A stretch of 64,000 nucleotides of DNA from an uncultured Rhodanobacteraceae bacterium (GTDB taxonomy: Bacteria; Pseudomonadota; Gammaproteobacteria; Xanthomonadales; SZUA-5). Positions within the stretch are counted from its first letter, which is position 1. Every line of letters starts with the position of its first letter. The notes beneath the pieces are model-generated. The model ran no database searches. It saw only the letters and a program-made list of their open reading frames with translations, and was not told where the DNA came from. Below are positions 7,709 through 16,228 of this stretch, piece by piece. Position numbers and translations under genes: made by a program. Where the stretch lies: positions 2,361-66,360 of the forward strand of contig CALEZI010000050.1 of NCBI GenBank assembly GCA_937928755.1, written 5' to 3'.

Positions 7709-9129
7709 CGCCCCAACTCCTCGACGAACTTCGCGAACAGACTGGCGGTGAGCGCGCGGCGGTAGTCGGCACTGCCGCGGTGGTCGTCGAGAGGGGTGAA
7801 TTCGTCGCGCAACAGCGCGCAGGCGGCGCCCAGCGTGTCGCCGTCGAGCACGCGGCCGAGCAGGAAGGCCTCGGTGGCGACTGCCCGTTTCGGGATGGCG
7901 GCAACGCCACCGTAAGCCAGACGCACGTGTTCGACGCGGCGCTGGTCGTCCAGGGTCAGCGCATACACCGCAGCGACGATGCTGATGTCGTCGGTCTGCC
8001 GCTTGCACACCTTGCAGGCCGCCTGGATCGCGTGCAGCCGCGGCACGCGCACGCTGACGATCAGTTCGTCGGGCTTGAGCGCAGTCTTGCGGTAATCGAG
8101 GAAATAGCCGTCGATGGGCAGCTCGCGCGTGCCGCCCGGCCCGCGTACTCCGAGCACGGCGTCGTGCGCCAGCAGCCATGGCAGCAGGTCGCCGATCGGT
8201 GAGGCGCTGCCAAGGTTGCCGCCAAGCGTCGCCCGGTTCTTCACCTGGCGCGCTGCGAACCAAGGCAGCATCTGGTCGAGCGCGGGAAAGATTCCTCCGA
8301 GTTCACGTTCGAGGCGCGACAATGGCACCCCCGCGCCGATACGCACGTGGGTGTCGTCGATGTCGAGCTGGTGCAGTTCCGCGATGCGATCGAGCGCGAT
8401 CAGCACCGGCGCCACGCGCTGGCCGCGACTCAACGCGACGCCGAGATCGGTGGCGCCGGCGATCCATGCGGCCTCCGGGTGCGTGGACTTCAGGGCGAGC
8501 GCCGCGGCGACGCTAGTCGGGAGGTGGAAGCCCTCCTGGTGGGTCCGGACTTTGTCCGCACGCTCTTCGCCCGACCTTGCCAAAGGCGTCCAGTCCGGAC
8601 CCACCAAAGGCGAAACAGAAGCCGCCTCCAGCGCCTGTGAGAATCGATCCATGGGCCGCGGCTGCGTCGCCAGCGCGGCTGCGGCCTTGCGAATGGGCTG
8701 GTAACCGGTGCAGCGACACAGGTTGCCGTCGATCACGTGGTCGTCGAACTCGCCGTCGTAGAAACCGGTGAACAGGCTCATGACGAATCCCGGCGTGCAG
8801 TAACCGCACTGCGAGCCCGCAGTGTCGACCAGCGCCTGTTGCACCGGATGCAGGTGCTCGCCGTCGGCCAGTCCCTCCACCGTCACCACCTCGCGCCCGG
8901 CCAGCGCGCCAATCGGCAGCAGGCAGGCGTTCACGGCCCGATAGTGCGCGCGCCCATCGGTGTCGTGTTCGACCAGCGCGACGGTGCAGGCGCCGCAATC
9001 GCCGTCGCCGCAGCCTTCCTTGGTGCCGGTCAGGCGCGCGCGCCTGAGCCAGCGCAGCAGCGACTCGGTCGGATCGATATCGGTGAGCGCGATATCGCGG
9101 AAATTCACGCGGAGCGATGGGACATCCAT
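7705..9129 (-). CDS. xdhA: xanthine dehydrogenase small subunit XdhA (2Fe-2S + FAD-binding)
   Basis: ORF 7705..9609. The plausible start is MDVPSLRVNFRDIAL (CAT 9127-9129). Upstream of that point the ORF is only read-through of the repeat array. The ferredoxin motifs GCGDGDCGACTV and CGYCTPGF are present, followed by an FAD-binding domain. 474 aa. Confidence 0.9.
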   Translation of the reverse strand: MDVPSLRVNFRDIALTDIDPTESLLRWLRRARLTGTKEGCGDGDCGACTVALVEHDTDGRAHYRAVNACLLPIGALAGREVVTVEGLADGEHLHPVQQALVDTAGSQCGYCTPGFVMSLFTGFYDGEFDDHVIDGNLCRCTGYQPIRKAAAALATQPRPMDRFSQALEAASVSPLVGPDWTPLARSGEERADKVRTHQEGFHLPTSVAAALALKSTHPEAAWIAGATDLGVALSRGQRVAPVLIALDRIAELHQLDIDDTHVRIGAGVPLSRLERELGGIFPALDQMLPWFAARQVKNRATLGGNLGSASPIGDLLPWLLAHDAVLGVRGPGGTRELPIDGYFLDYRKTALKPDELIVSVRVPRLHAIQAACKVCKRQTDDISIVAAVYALTLDDQRRVEHVRLAYGGVAAIPKRAVATEAFLLGRVLDGDTLGAACALLRDEFTPLDDHRGSADYRRALTASLFAKFVEELGR

Positions 9130-9191
9130 GGACGCGAAGATCAGCGCGCGCTCGGAGGGTGTCAAGCGACCCCACGCGACCAGGCCCCTCC

Positions 9192-9410
9192 GCTCTTGTG
9201 GGTCCAGACTTGTCTGGACGCTTTTCGCTGTTGATCCGCTCTTGTGGGTCCAGACATGCCTGGACGCTTTTCGCTGTTGATCTGCTGTTGTGGGTCCAGA
9301 CTTGTCTGGACGCTTTTCGCTGCTGCTCTGCTGTTGTGGGTCCAGACTTGTCTGGACGCTCTCCCCCGGACGTGCCAGAGGCATCCCGACAAGTCTGGAC
9401 CCACAAGAGC
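9192..9410. repeat. tandem array of the palindromic GTCCAGAC-TT-GTCTGGAC element (4 direct copies at a 46-bp period plus 1 inverted copy)
   Basis: The GTCC cores start at 9202, 9248, 9294 and 9340. An inverted copy, cccgacaagtctggacccacaagagc, ends at 9410. Confidence 0.9.
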
Positions 9411-9481
9411 AAAGCCCCTGCCGCTTGCCCATTGCGGCGTGGCATCCTGCCCACCTCCCCACTGCATGACGGCGCACGCCC

Positions 9482-10519
9482 ATGACGGCCCTCAAACTGT
9501 CCCAGGAACAACTCGCAGACCTCGTGCGCGGCATGCCCAAGGCGGAGTTGCATATCCACATCGAGGGTTCGCTCGAACCCGAGCTGATCTTTGCACTGGC
9601 GCAGCGCAATCAGGTGTCGCTTCCCTACGTCAGCGTCGAGGCACTGCGCGCGGCGTACGCATTCACCAATCTGCAGAGCTTTCTCGACATCTACTACGCC
9701 GGCGCCAGCGTGCTGCTGAAAGAACAGGACTTCTTCGACATGGCATGGGCCTATTTCCTGCGCGCCAAGGCCGACAACGTCACCCACGCCGAGCTGTTCT
9801 TCGATCCGCAGACGCATACCGATCGCGGTGTCGCCTTCGCCGAGGTGATCAACGGCCTGCGCCGGGCGTGCGATCAGGCCAAGTCAGAACTCGGCATCCA
9901 GGCCGAGCTGATCCTGTGTTTCCTGCGCCATCTCGACGAGGCCGCGGCGTTTGCCACATTGGAAGAAGCGCGGCCGCACCTCGGCAAGTTCATTGGCGTC
10001 GGTCTCGATTCCAGCGAAGTCGGTCACCCGCCGGAGAAGTTCGCGCGGGTGTTTGCCGATGCGCGCAAACTCGGCCTGCGCGCCGTCGCGCATGCTGGCG
10101 AGGAAGGCCCGCCGGCCTACATCTGGAGCGCGCTCGATGTGCTCAAGGTCGAACGCATCGACCACGGCGTGCAGTCGCTGAAAGACCCCGAACTGGTCAA
10201 GCGCCTGGTCGCCGAGCGCATGCCGCTGACGGTGTGCCCGCTGTCCAACGTCAAGCTGTGCGTATTCCCGAACCTCGCCGCGCACAATCTCAAGCAGATG
10301 CTGGATCTCGGCATCGTCGCCACGGTCAATTCGGACGATCCGGCGTATTTCGGCGGATATCTCAACCAGAATTTCGTCGAGACTTTTGCCGCACTGCCGC
10401 TCGATGCGCACGATGCGCACAGACTGGCGCAGAACAGTTTCGAGGCCAGTTTTGCCTCGCCGGAACAGAAGCGCGCGCAGTTGCACAAGCTCGATGCGTA
10501 TTGCGAGCGGGCGTTGTAG
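9482..10519 (+). CDS. add: adenosine/adenine deaminase (Add family metallo-hydrolase)
   Basis: 345 aa. MPKAELHIHIEGSLEPEL is the HxH metal-binding motif. HAGEEGP and SDDPAYFGG are also present, all typical of the adenosine/adenine deaminase family. The gene sits beside the xdh genes. Confidence 0.85.
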   Translation: MTALKLSQEQLADLVRGMPKAELHIHIEGSLEPELIFALAQRNQVSLPYVSVEALRAAYAFTNLQSFLDIYYAGASVLLKEQDFFDMAWAYFLRAKADNVTHAELFFDPQTHTDRGVAFAEVINGLRRACDQAKSELGIQAELILCFLRHLDEAAAFATLEEARPHLGKFIGVGLDSSEVGHPPEKFARVFADARKLGLRAVAHAGEEGPPAYIWSALDVLKVERIDHGVQSLKDPELVKRLVAERMPLTVCPLSNVKLCVFPNLAAHNLKQMLDLGIVATVNSDDPAYFGGYLNQNFVETFAALPLDAHDAHRLAQNSFEASFASPEQKRAQLHKLDAYCERAL

Positions 10520-10544
10520 GAGATTCCGTCAGGGAGCCTTCGAA

Positions 10545-10870
10545 CACGTCGTCATTGCGAGGTCGTTGCCGCAACCGCGGCAACGACCGAAGCAATCCAG
10601 CGCCTTTGATTTTTCGTGCTTGAGAGCAAGGGCAACGCCACTGGATTGCTTCGTCGCTACGCTCCTCTCCATGAACCGACCGGCGTAGGTTGGGCTAAGC
10701 GCAGCATGCCCAACGCCGCGATTGTTGGGCACGGCTGCGCTTAGCCCAACCTACGGTTCATGGCCGGTGTGCATTATCGGGCCGAAAAAGAGTGGCTCGC
10801 AATGACGAGGTTCATGGCTCGTGGACCGCTTCGAACCGAAGCGGGCCTCTCGCAATGACGAGTTCGTCCG
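10545..10870. repeat. mosaic of nested repeat elements (CATTGCGAG...GAAGCAATCC family plus a GTAGGTTGGGCTAAGCG palindrome)
   Basis: gtcattgcgagg...gaagcaatccag / ctggattgcttcgtcgc lies at 10548-10660. The palindrome gtaggttgggctaagcgcagc...gctgcgcttagcccaacctac lies at 10685-10754. cgcaatgacgag occurs twice in 10797-10862. Confidence 0.7.
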
Positions 10871-10912
10871 CGGCGCATGGGCGAATTCGTGCATCAGCAG
10901 CTCTGAACATGA

Positions 10913-10938
10913 GTCAGGTTGCCGCAAGGCAACCTGAC
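10913..10938 (-). terminator. strong stem-loop immediately after the holC stop (candidate terminator)
   Basis: gtcaggttgcc-gcaa-ggcaacctgac is a perfect 11-bp stem with a GCAA loop. It abuts the holC stop codon at 10939-10941. There is no clear U-tract, so confidence is moderate. Confidence 0.45.
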
Positions 10939-11361
10939 CTACAAATCGAACTTCTGCACCTCGAAGCCGCGCTTGCGGTACTCGGCCCAGCGCTTGCGCG
11001 AGCCCTCGCGCTCGGCGGGATCTGCGGCGACCACTTCCTTGACCGTTTCGAACTGACCCGGTGCGCATTCCTCGCGCAGGTTGATCACCAGCGGGCGGTC
11101 TTCGACCCGCGCGCCGGGCGGCACGATCAAGATCGCGGTGACGTCATCGTCGTCGTCGCCGGCGATCTGGTGCGGGATGAAGGCGTCGGCATCGAAGGCC
11201 CACAACAGATCGTCGATCGCCTCGGCTTCCTCCAGCGTGCGCGTGAGGATCAGCGTGGGCAATTCGGCCTCGTAGGCGCGTTTGGCCAGCACACAGACCA
11301 CGCGCAGCGGTTCCGCGCGATAGCGCGGTTTTTCGATCAGGTAGAAGTCGGCGCGCGGCAC
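10939..11361 (-). CDS. holC: DNA polymerase III chi subunit HolC
   Basis: This is the C-terminal part of ORF 10939..12144. The GTG start (cac 11359-11361) gives (M)PRADFYLIEKPRYRAEPLRVVCVLAKRAYEAELPTLIL..., 140 aa. This is a typical chi N-terminus, and the position downstream of pepA is conserved. Confidence 0.8.
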   Translation of the reverse strand: MPRADFYLIEKPRYRAEPLRVVCVLAKRAYEAELPTLILTRTLEEAEAIDDLLWAFDADAFIPHQIAGDDDDDVTAILIVPPGARVEDRPLVINLREECAPGQFETVKEVVAADPAEREGSRKRWAEYRKRGFEVQKFDL

Positions 11362-11363
11362 TT

Positions 11364-11531
11364 GGGAGCGGGAAAAAGGAAAAGGGAAAAAGGAAAAGGA
11401 AGAGCAACGCAAGGCGGGATGGGAGTGCGGGTCCGGAAAAGGGAAGAACTGCATTTCGATTCCGGCGCACTGCCGCAGATCGCGATGCCTTGGCTGCTGC
11501 CCTTTTCCTTTTTCCCTTTCCCCTTTTCCCG
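11364..11531. repeat. polypurine/polypyrimidine inverted-repeat element (GGAAAAGG family), copy 2
   Basis: Left arm: gggagcgggaaaaaggaaaagggaaaaaggaaaaggaagagc. Right arm: cccttttcctttttccctttccccttttcccg. It fills the pepA stop (11532-11534) to holC start (11361) gap exactly. Confidence 0.85.
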
Positions 11532-12998
11532 TTACTTCTGGGACAACAACCACTGCACCAGCATCCCCACCGGTCGCCCGGTGGCGGTGCCCTTGCGGCC
11601 GGCGTCCCAGGCGCTGCCGGCGATGTCGAGGTGTGCCCAGCGCTGGCCTTCGGTGAAGCGGCTCAGGAAACAGCCGGCGGTGATCGCACCGCCATACTTG
11701 CCGCCGATGTTGGCGAAGTCGGCGAAGCCGGTTTCGAGCTGGCTCTGGTAGTCCTCCCACAAGGGCAGGCGCCAGGCGCGGTCCGCGCTGAACTCGCCGG
11801 CGGCGAGCAATTCGTCGGCCAGATCGTCGTCGCGGCTCATCAGGCCGCTGGCGTGGGTGCCGAGCGCCACGACGCAGGCGCCGGTGAGCGTGGCGATGTC
11901 GATCAGCGTATGCGGTTCGAAGCGCTGCGCGTAGGTCAACGCGTCGCACAGGATCAAGCGGCCTTCGGCGTCGGTGTTGAGAATCTCGACCTGATGCCCG
12001 GCCATGGTCTTGATCACGTCCGACGGGCGGTAACTCTTGCCATCGGGCATGTTTTCCACCGCCGGCGTGATGCCGATCACGCGGAACGGCAGCTTGAGGC
12101 GGGCAACCGCTTCCATCAGGCCGAACACTGCGGCGGCGCCGCACATGTCGAACTTCATCTCTTCCATGCCGGCTGCCGGCTTGATGTCGATGCCGCCGGT
12201 ATCGAAGGTGATGCCCTTGCCGACGAACACGTAGGGCTTGCCGGCGCCGCTCTTGTAGTCCATGACCACCAGTTTCGGGGCATTCTCGCTGCCGGCGGAG
12301 ACCGCCAGCAGCGCGCCCATGCCGAGGGTTTCCATTTCATCGCGTTCGAGTACCTGCACCGCAATTTCCGGATGCCGGCGCGACAACTCGAACGCCTGCT
12401 CGGCGAGGTAGGCCGGATTGCAGATGTTCGGCGGCAGATTGCCCAGTTCGCGCGCGAGGACGACACCGGCGGCGATGCCGCTGGCGCGCTCCAGTGCGTC
12501 GCCGCTGTAACTGCCGACGCTGAACTGCAGCTCGCGCAACTCCACCCGTTCCGGACGCGCCTTGATCGTCGCCGTGTACTTGTAGGCCGCATAGTCGGCC
12601 AGCAAAGCCGATTGCAGCAGCTTCCAGGCCATGTCCTGCTTCGGCACGTCGACTTCCGGCAGATAGGACGCGACGGTATCGACCGGCAGGCCCTTGAGCG
12701 CCTTGTGCGCTTCGCGCGTGGCGCGCAGGAAGCGCGCGCTGTCGAACTTGCGTTGCTCGCCGAGGCCGACGACCAGCACGCGCGGTGCCGCCAATCCGCC
12801 AGTCTGGTGCAGCAGCGCGGTACTGCCGACGCGACCGCTGACGTCGCCGCTCTCCATCAGTCGCTTCAGCACGCCATTTCCGGCGGCGTCCAGTTCAGCC
12901 GCGGCGCTGGTCAGCATGCGCTCCTCGAACACGCCGACGATGACCAGGGAGGCGGCAACGTCCTTGGGACGACCGGTAAGGGGCTTGAACTCCAGCAT
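11532..12998 (-). CDS. pepA: leucyl aminopeptidase PepA (M17)
   Basis: 488 aa. Contains the NTDAEGRLILCDAL signature, VGKGITFDTGG and MKFDMCGAAAV. It is divergent from lptF, as in many Gammaproteobacteria. Confidence 0.95.
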   Translation of the reverse strand: MLEFKPLTGRPKDVAASLVIVGVFEERMLTSAAAELDAAGNGVLKRLMESGDVSGRVGSTALLHQTGGLAAPRVLVVGLGEQRKFDSARFLRATREAHKALKGLPVDTVASYLPEVDVPKQDMAWKLLQSALLADYAAYKYTATIKARPERVELRELQFSVGSYSGDALERASGIAAGVVLARELGNLPPNICNPAYLAEQAFELSRRHPEIAVQVLERDEMETLGMGALLAVSAGSENAPKLVVMDYKSGAGKPYVFVGKGITFDTGGIDIKPAAGMEEMKFDMCGAAAVFGLMEAVARLKLPFRVIGITPAVENMPDGKSYRPSDVIKTMAGHQVEILNTDAEGRLILCDALTYAQRFEPHTLIDIATLTGACVVALGTHASGLMSRDDDLADELLAAGEFSADRAWRLPLWEDYQSQLETGFADFANIGGKYGGAITAGCFLSRFTEGQRWAHLDIAGSAWDAGRKGTATGRPVGMLVQWLLSQK

Positions 12999-13120
12999 GA
13001 ACAGTCTCCGCGTCAGATTGGCTAATTGCGCTCTGCGGCGGGCAGAATGCGCGCCTTGAGCATGCCGGCACCGTGCCGGCAGTCAGCAGATCCGGAAGTC
13101 TAACCCTTGCAGCGGTTCCC

Positions 13121-14230
13121 ATGAGACCCACCCGCGCCGATCGCTACCTCGAACGCGAGGTCTGGTATGCCCTGGCCGGCGTGTTGGCGATACTGCTGTT
13201 GGTGGTGCTCGGTGGACTGCTGACCGACGTGCTCAACAAGATCGCACGCGGCAAGGTGCCGCCGGTGCTGCTGCTGAGCCAGATCGGACTGCGCATTCCG
13301 GACGCATTGACCCTGCTGCTGCCGTTGGGCAGCCTGCTGGCGGTGCTGATGTCCTACGGCCGACTCTACCGCGACAGCGAGATGGCGGTGCTGGCGGCAT
13401 CCGGTTATGGGCCGCTGCAGACCTTGCGGCCGCTGCTGCGCATCGGCGCGGCACTGGTGCTGCTGCAGGCAGCGCTGGCGTTCTACATCGCACCCTTCGG
13501 CCGCGAGATCGCGGCGAAAATGATCGTGGAGACCCAACGTTCGGTTGCTGTGGCCGGATTGTCCTCGGGTCGCTTTGTCGAGCTGCCTGGCAGCGCCGGT
13601 GTGCTTTACGTGTCGCGTGTCAGCGCCGACCAGCGTTCGGTCGACGAGATCATGCTGGTGCGCGAGCGCGAGGGCACGCGCATCGTGCTGACCGCGCGCA
13701 AAGGCAGCATCGAAGTCGACGAGACCTCAGATGAGGTGATGTTGCGGCTGGATGCCGGCGAACGTGTCGACGGGCGTCCCGGTGAGCCTGGATATCGACG
13801 TATTCGCTTCGAACAGGCCGATATCGCCTTTCCGCGCACCCAGGCCGACAGCGGCGACGATCCGGCGCAGGCGCGCCGGACCCACGAGCTGCTGGGTGCC
13901 GACGACGTCGAGTCGCAGGCCGAGCTGACCCGCCGGCTGGCGCAGCCGCTGGTGCTGCTGATGTTGCTGGTGATGGCGCCGGTGATGGCGCAGAGCGCGC
14001 CGCGACAGCCGCGCTACGACAAGGTGGTGGTGGCCATCCTGCTTTACGTGACCTATTCCAATCTGGTCGAGCTGGCCCGCGTGTGGGCGTTGACCGGCAC
14101 CCTGCCCGCGTGGCTCGGCACCTGGTGGGTGCATATCGGCTTCGTCGCCGTCCTGATCGTCGCCTGGGGGCGTGAACTGCTCGCCTGGCGCCGCGGGCGC
14201 AAGACGCTGGCGCTGATGGGGATCAAGTGA
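13121..14230 (+). CDS. lptF: LPS export ABC transporter permease LptF
   Basis: ORF 13073..14230, with start at MRPTRADRYLEREVWYALAGVLAILLL (ATG 13121). YjgP/YjgQ-family topology. Contains LYRDSEMAVLAASG, comparable to E. coli LYTESEITVMHACG. Confidence 0.85.
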   Translation: MRPTRADRYLEREVWYALAGVLAILLLVVLGGLLTDVLNKIARGKVPPVLLLSQIGLRIPDALTLLLPLGSLLAVLMSYGRLYRDSEMAVLAASGYGPLQTLRPLLRIGAALVLLQAALAFYIAPFGREIAAKMIVETQRSVAVAGLSSGRFVELPGSAGVLYVSRVSADQRSVDEIMLVREREGTRIVLTARKGSIEVDETSDEVMLRLDAGERVDGRPGEPGYRRIRFEQADIAFPRTQADSGDDPAQARRTHELLGADDVESQAELTRRLAQPLVLLMLLVMAPVMAQSAPRQPRYDKVVVAILLYVTYSNLVELARVWALTGTLPAWLGTWWVHIGFVAVLIVAWGRELLAWRRGRKTLALMGIK

Positions 14231-15303
14231 AGCGCCTCGACCTGCTGGTGCTGAAGGCGGTGATTCCGGCCGTGTTGCTGTCGTGGCTGGTGCTGGTCGG
14301 TTTCGACACCCTGCTGGCGCTGCTCAACGAACTCGACGAAGTCGGCATCGGCGACTACGACCTGGCGCGCGTGCTCGAGTACACGGCATTGACCGTGCCG
14401 CGGCGCACGTACCAGATGTTCTCCACCGCGGCGGTGATCGGCAGCATGCTCGGTCTCGGTGCGTTGGCGGCGCGCAGCGAGTTGATCGCGCTGCAGGCGG
14501 CTGGCGCCAGCCGGCTGCGCATCGGCGTTTCCACCGTCTACGCGGTCGCCTGCCTGCTGGTCGTCGCCCTGGTTCTGGGCGAATTCATCGGTCCGCGCGC
14601 CGATCGCATGGCGGCGGATCTGGCCGGGCAGTCCAAGGCCCAGGGCATCGCCTTTGGCGGCAGTGGTCTGTGGTTGCGCGACGGCAGCGCGGTGTGGAAC
14701 GCCAAGCGCATCGTCGTCACCGGCCCCGGTCAAGTCGAACTCTGGCAGGTCTGGCGCTACCAGTTCGGCGCCGACGCGCGCATGCAGGAGGTGATCAAGG
14801 CCGAGCGTGCCAGCTACCGTGGTGGCAGCTTCGAACTCGAAGAGGTGCTTCGCGATGAGCTCAGCGATGCCGGCGTCACCAGCAGCCAGCAGGATCGCGT
14901 GAATGTCCCCACCTTGCTCGATCCCGGCCTGATCGAATCGCATACCGTCAGGCCGCGGCAGCAGGCCACGCGCGACCTGCTGGAAACCATCCGTTATGCG
15001 CGCATCAACCAGCTCGATGCGCTCGCTTTCGAGAGCGCGTTCTGGTTCCGCGTGTTCTACCCGCTGGTCGCGCTCACGCTGGCCTTTGCCGCCACTCCGT
15101 TCGCCTTCGGCAATCTCCGCGGCGGCGGCCTCGGGCAGCGCCTGCTGCTGGGCATGGCGCTCGGCATCGGTTTCTTTTTCGGCCAGCGCACCCTGATCAA
15201 TCTTGCCGAGACCAATCGCGATGGCCTGATCCTGGTCAACGCCGGACCGCCGCTGCTGCTGGTGATGGTCACCATCTGGGCGCTTCGCCGGCCGGCGCGA
15301 TAA
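14227..15303 (+). CDS. lptG: LPS export ABC transporter permease LptG
   Basis: 358 aa. Its start overlaps the lptF stop by 4 nt. YjgP/YjgQ-family membrane protein paired with lptF. Confidence 0.85.
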   Translation: MKRLDLLVLKAVIPAVLLSWLVLVGFDTLLALLNELDEVGIGDYDLARVLEYTALTVPRRTYQMFSTAAVIGSMLGLGALAARSELIALQAAGASRLRIGVSTVYAVACLLVVALVLGEFIGPRADRMAADLAGQSKAQGIAFGGSGLWLRDGSAVWNAKRIVVTGPGQVELWQVWRYQFGADARMQEVIKAERASYRGGSFELEEVLRDELSDAGVTSSQQDRVNVPTLLDPGLIESHTVRPRQQATRDLLETIRYARINQLDALAFESAFWFRVFYPLVALTLAFAATPFAFGNLRGGGLGQRLLLGMALGIGFFFGQRTLINLAETNRDGLILVNAGPPLLLVMVTIWALRRPAR

Positions 15304-15311
15304 CGCTCTGG

Positions 15312-15630
15312 CAGGTCCAGACTTGTCTGGACGCCTCTGCTTTTGCTTCTCGTAGGTCCAGACTTGTCTGGACGCCTCTGCTCTCGCTCCTTGTGGGTCC
15401 AGACTTGTCTGGACGCCTCTGCTTTTGCTTCTCGTAGGTCCAGACTTGTCTGGACGCCTCTGCTCTCGCTCCTTGTGGGTCCAGACTTGTCTGGACGCTT
15501 CTGCTCATGCTTCTCGTGGGTCCAGACTTGTCTGGACGCCCTTGCCCTTTCTTCTCGTAGGTCCAGACTTGCCCGGACGCCTCTGCTCAGGTGACTGAAG
15601 AGCGTCCACACAAGTCTGAACCCACCAAAG
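15312..15630. repeat. tandem array of the palindromic GTCCAGAC-TT-GTCTGGAC element (7 direct copies at an exact 41-bp period plus a degenerate inverted copy)
   Basis: The GTCC cores start at 15315, 15356, 15397, 15438, 15479, 15520 and 15561. The inter-core segments alternate between two variants, giving an 82-bp higher-order unit. A terminal inverted copy, gtccacacaagtctgaacccac, follows. Confidence 0.9.
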
Positions 15631-15639
15631 CGCCGCGTG

Positions 15640-16146
15640 TCAGTCCCCGATCAGATCCCGCAACCTGAAGCCTGCAATCCGTTCGATCTGTGCCACTGCC
15701 GTGGCGATCTCGACGTCGCGATCATTGCCGATACGCGCCGCCATGTTGTCGATGATGCTGTGGCGCGTATGGCCGCGCACTGCGAGGATGAACGGGAAAC
15801 CGAAGCGCGCGCTGTAGGCGGCGTTGAGTTCGGTCAGTCTTGCGAACTCGTCGGGACTGCACAGGTTGAGCCCGGCGCCGGACTGCTCGCGCAACGAGGC
15901 ATCGGTCAGCTCGCCGCGGATAGCCAGCTTGCCGGCCAGTTCCGGATGCGCACGGATCAATGCCAGCCTGGCCTCCGGTTCCGCCGTTGCCAGCGTCGCG
16001 CACAGCGCGGCATGCAGTTCATCGACCGTGGCAAATGGACGCTGCGGCCAGGTGGCTTCAGGAATCCATGGGCTGTGTTCGAAGATGCCAGCGAGCGCGG
16101 CAGTGAAGTCGGCTTGCGAAAGGGAATTGAGTTGATCGAGGGTCAT
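15640..16146 (-). CDS. uraD: 2-oxo-4-hydroxy-4-carboxy-5-ureidoimidazoline (OHCU) decarboxylase
   Basis: 168 aa. FTAALAGIFEHSPWIPE...IRAHPELAGK...FGFPFILAVRG matches the OHCU decarboxylase signature. It is adjacent to puuE. Confidence 0.85.
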   Translation of the reverse strand: MTLDQLNSLSQADFTAALAGIFEHSPWIPEATWPQRPFATVDELHAALCATLATAEPEARLALIRAHPELAGKLAIRGELTDASLREQSGAGLNLCSPDEFARLTELNAAYSARFGFPFILAVRGHTRHSIIDNMAARIGNDRDVEIATAVAQIERIAGFRLRDLIGD

Positions 16147-16160
16147 CGGTGAATCCGGAT

Positions 16161-16228
16161 TGTAGGAGCGACGTGCACGTCGCGACGCTTCTCGGGGGTT
16201 CAGGTCGCGACGTGCACGTCGCTCCTAC
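16161..16228. repeat. REP doublet, TGTAGGAGCGACGTGCACGTCGCGAC family, inverted pair
   Basis: tgtaggagcgacgtgcacgtcgcgac gcttctcgggggttcag gtcgcgacgtgcacgtcgctcctac. It sits between uraD and puuE. Confidence 0.85.

Noticed and set aside
9130-9609. N-terminal extensions of real genes suggested by the ORF track: xdhA to 9609, xdhB to 8263, glyQ to 49996, holC ORF to 12144, and the methyltransferase ORF from 40095.
   Set aside because: The extensions run through repeat arrays or the 3' end of the upstream gene and translate to repeat-derived peptides (for example ...RPDKSGPT...). Canonical N-termini ([46 protein letters not shown]) begin at internal starts. Where I checked, these have stop-codon overlaps (xdhB) or SD sequences (the methyltransferase).
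15312-15630. A CRISPR-like array: 7 evenly spaced (41-bp) palindromic repeats. A similar 46-bp-period array lies at 9192-9410.
   Set aside because: The would-be spacers are only ~15-23 nt and are near-identical to one another, alternating between two variants. The repeat is an 18-bp REP-type palindrome also found as isolated inverted doublets elsewhere (53054-53133). No cas genes or leader are nearby. This is a REP/BIME-type tandem array, not a CRISPR array.
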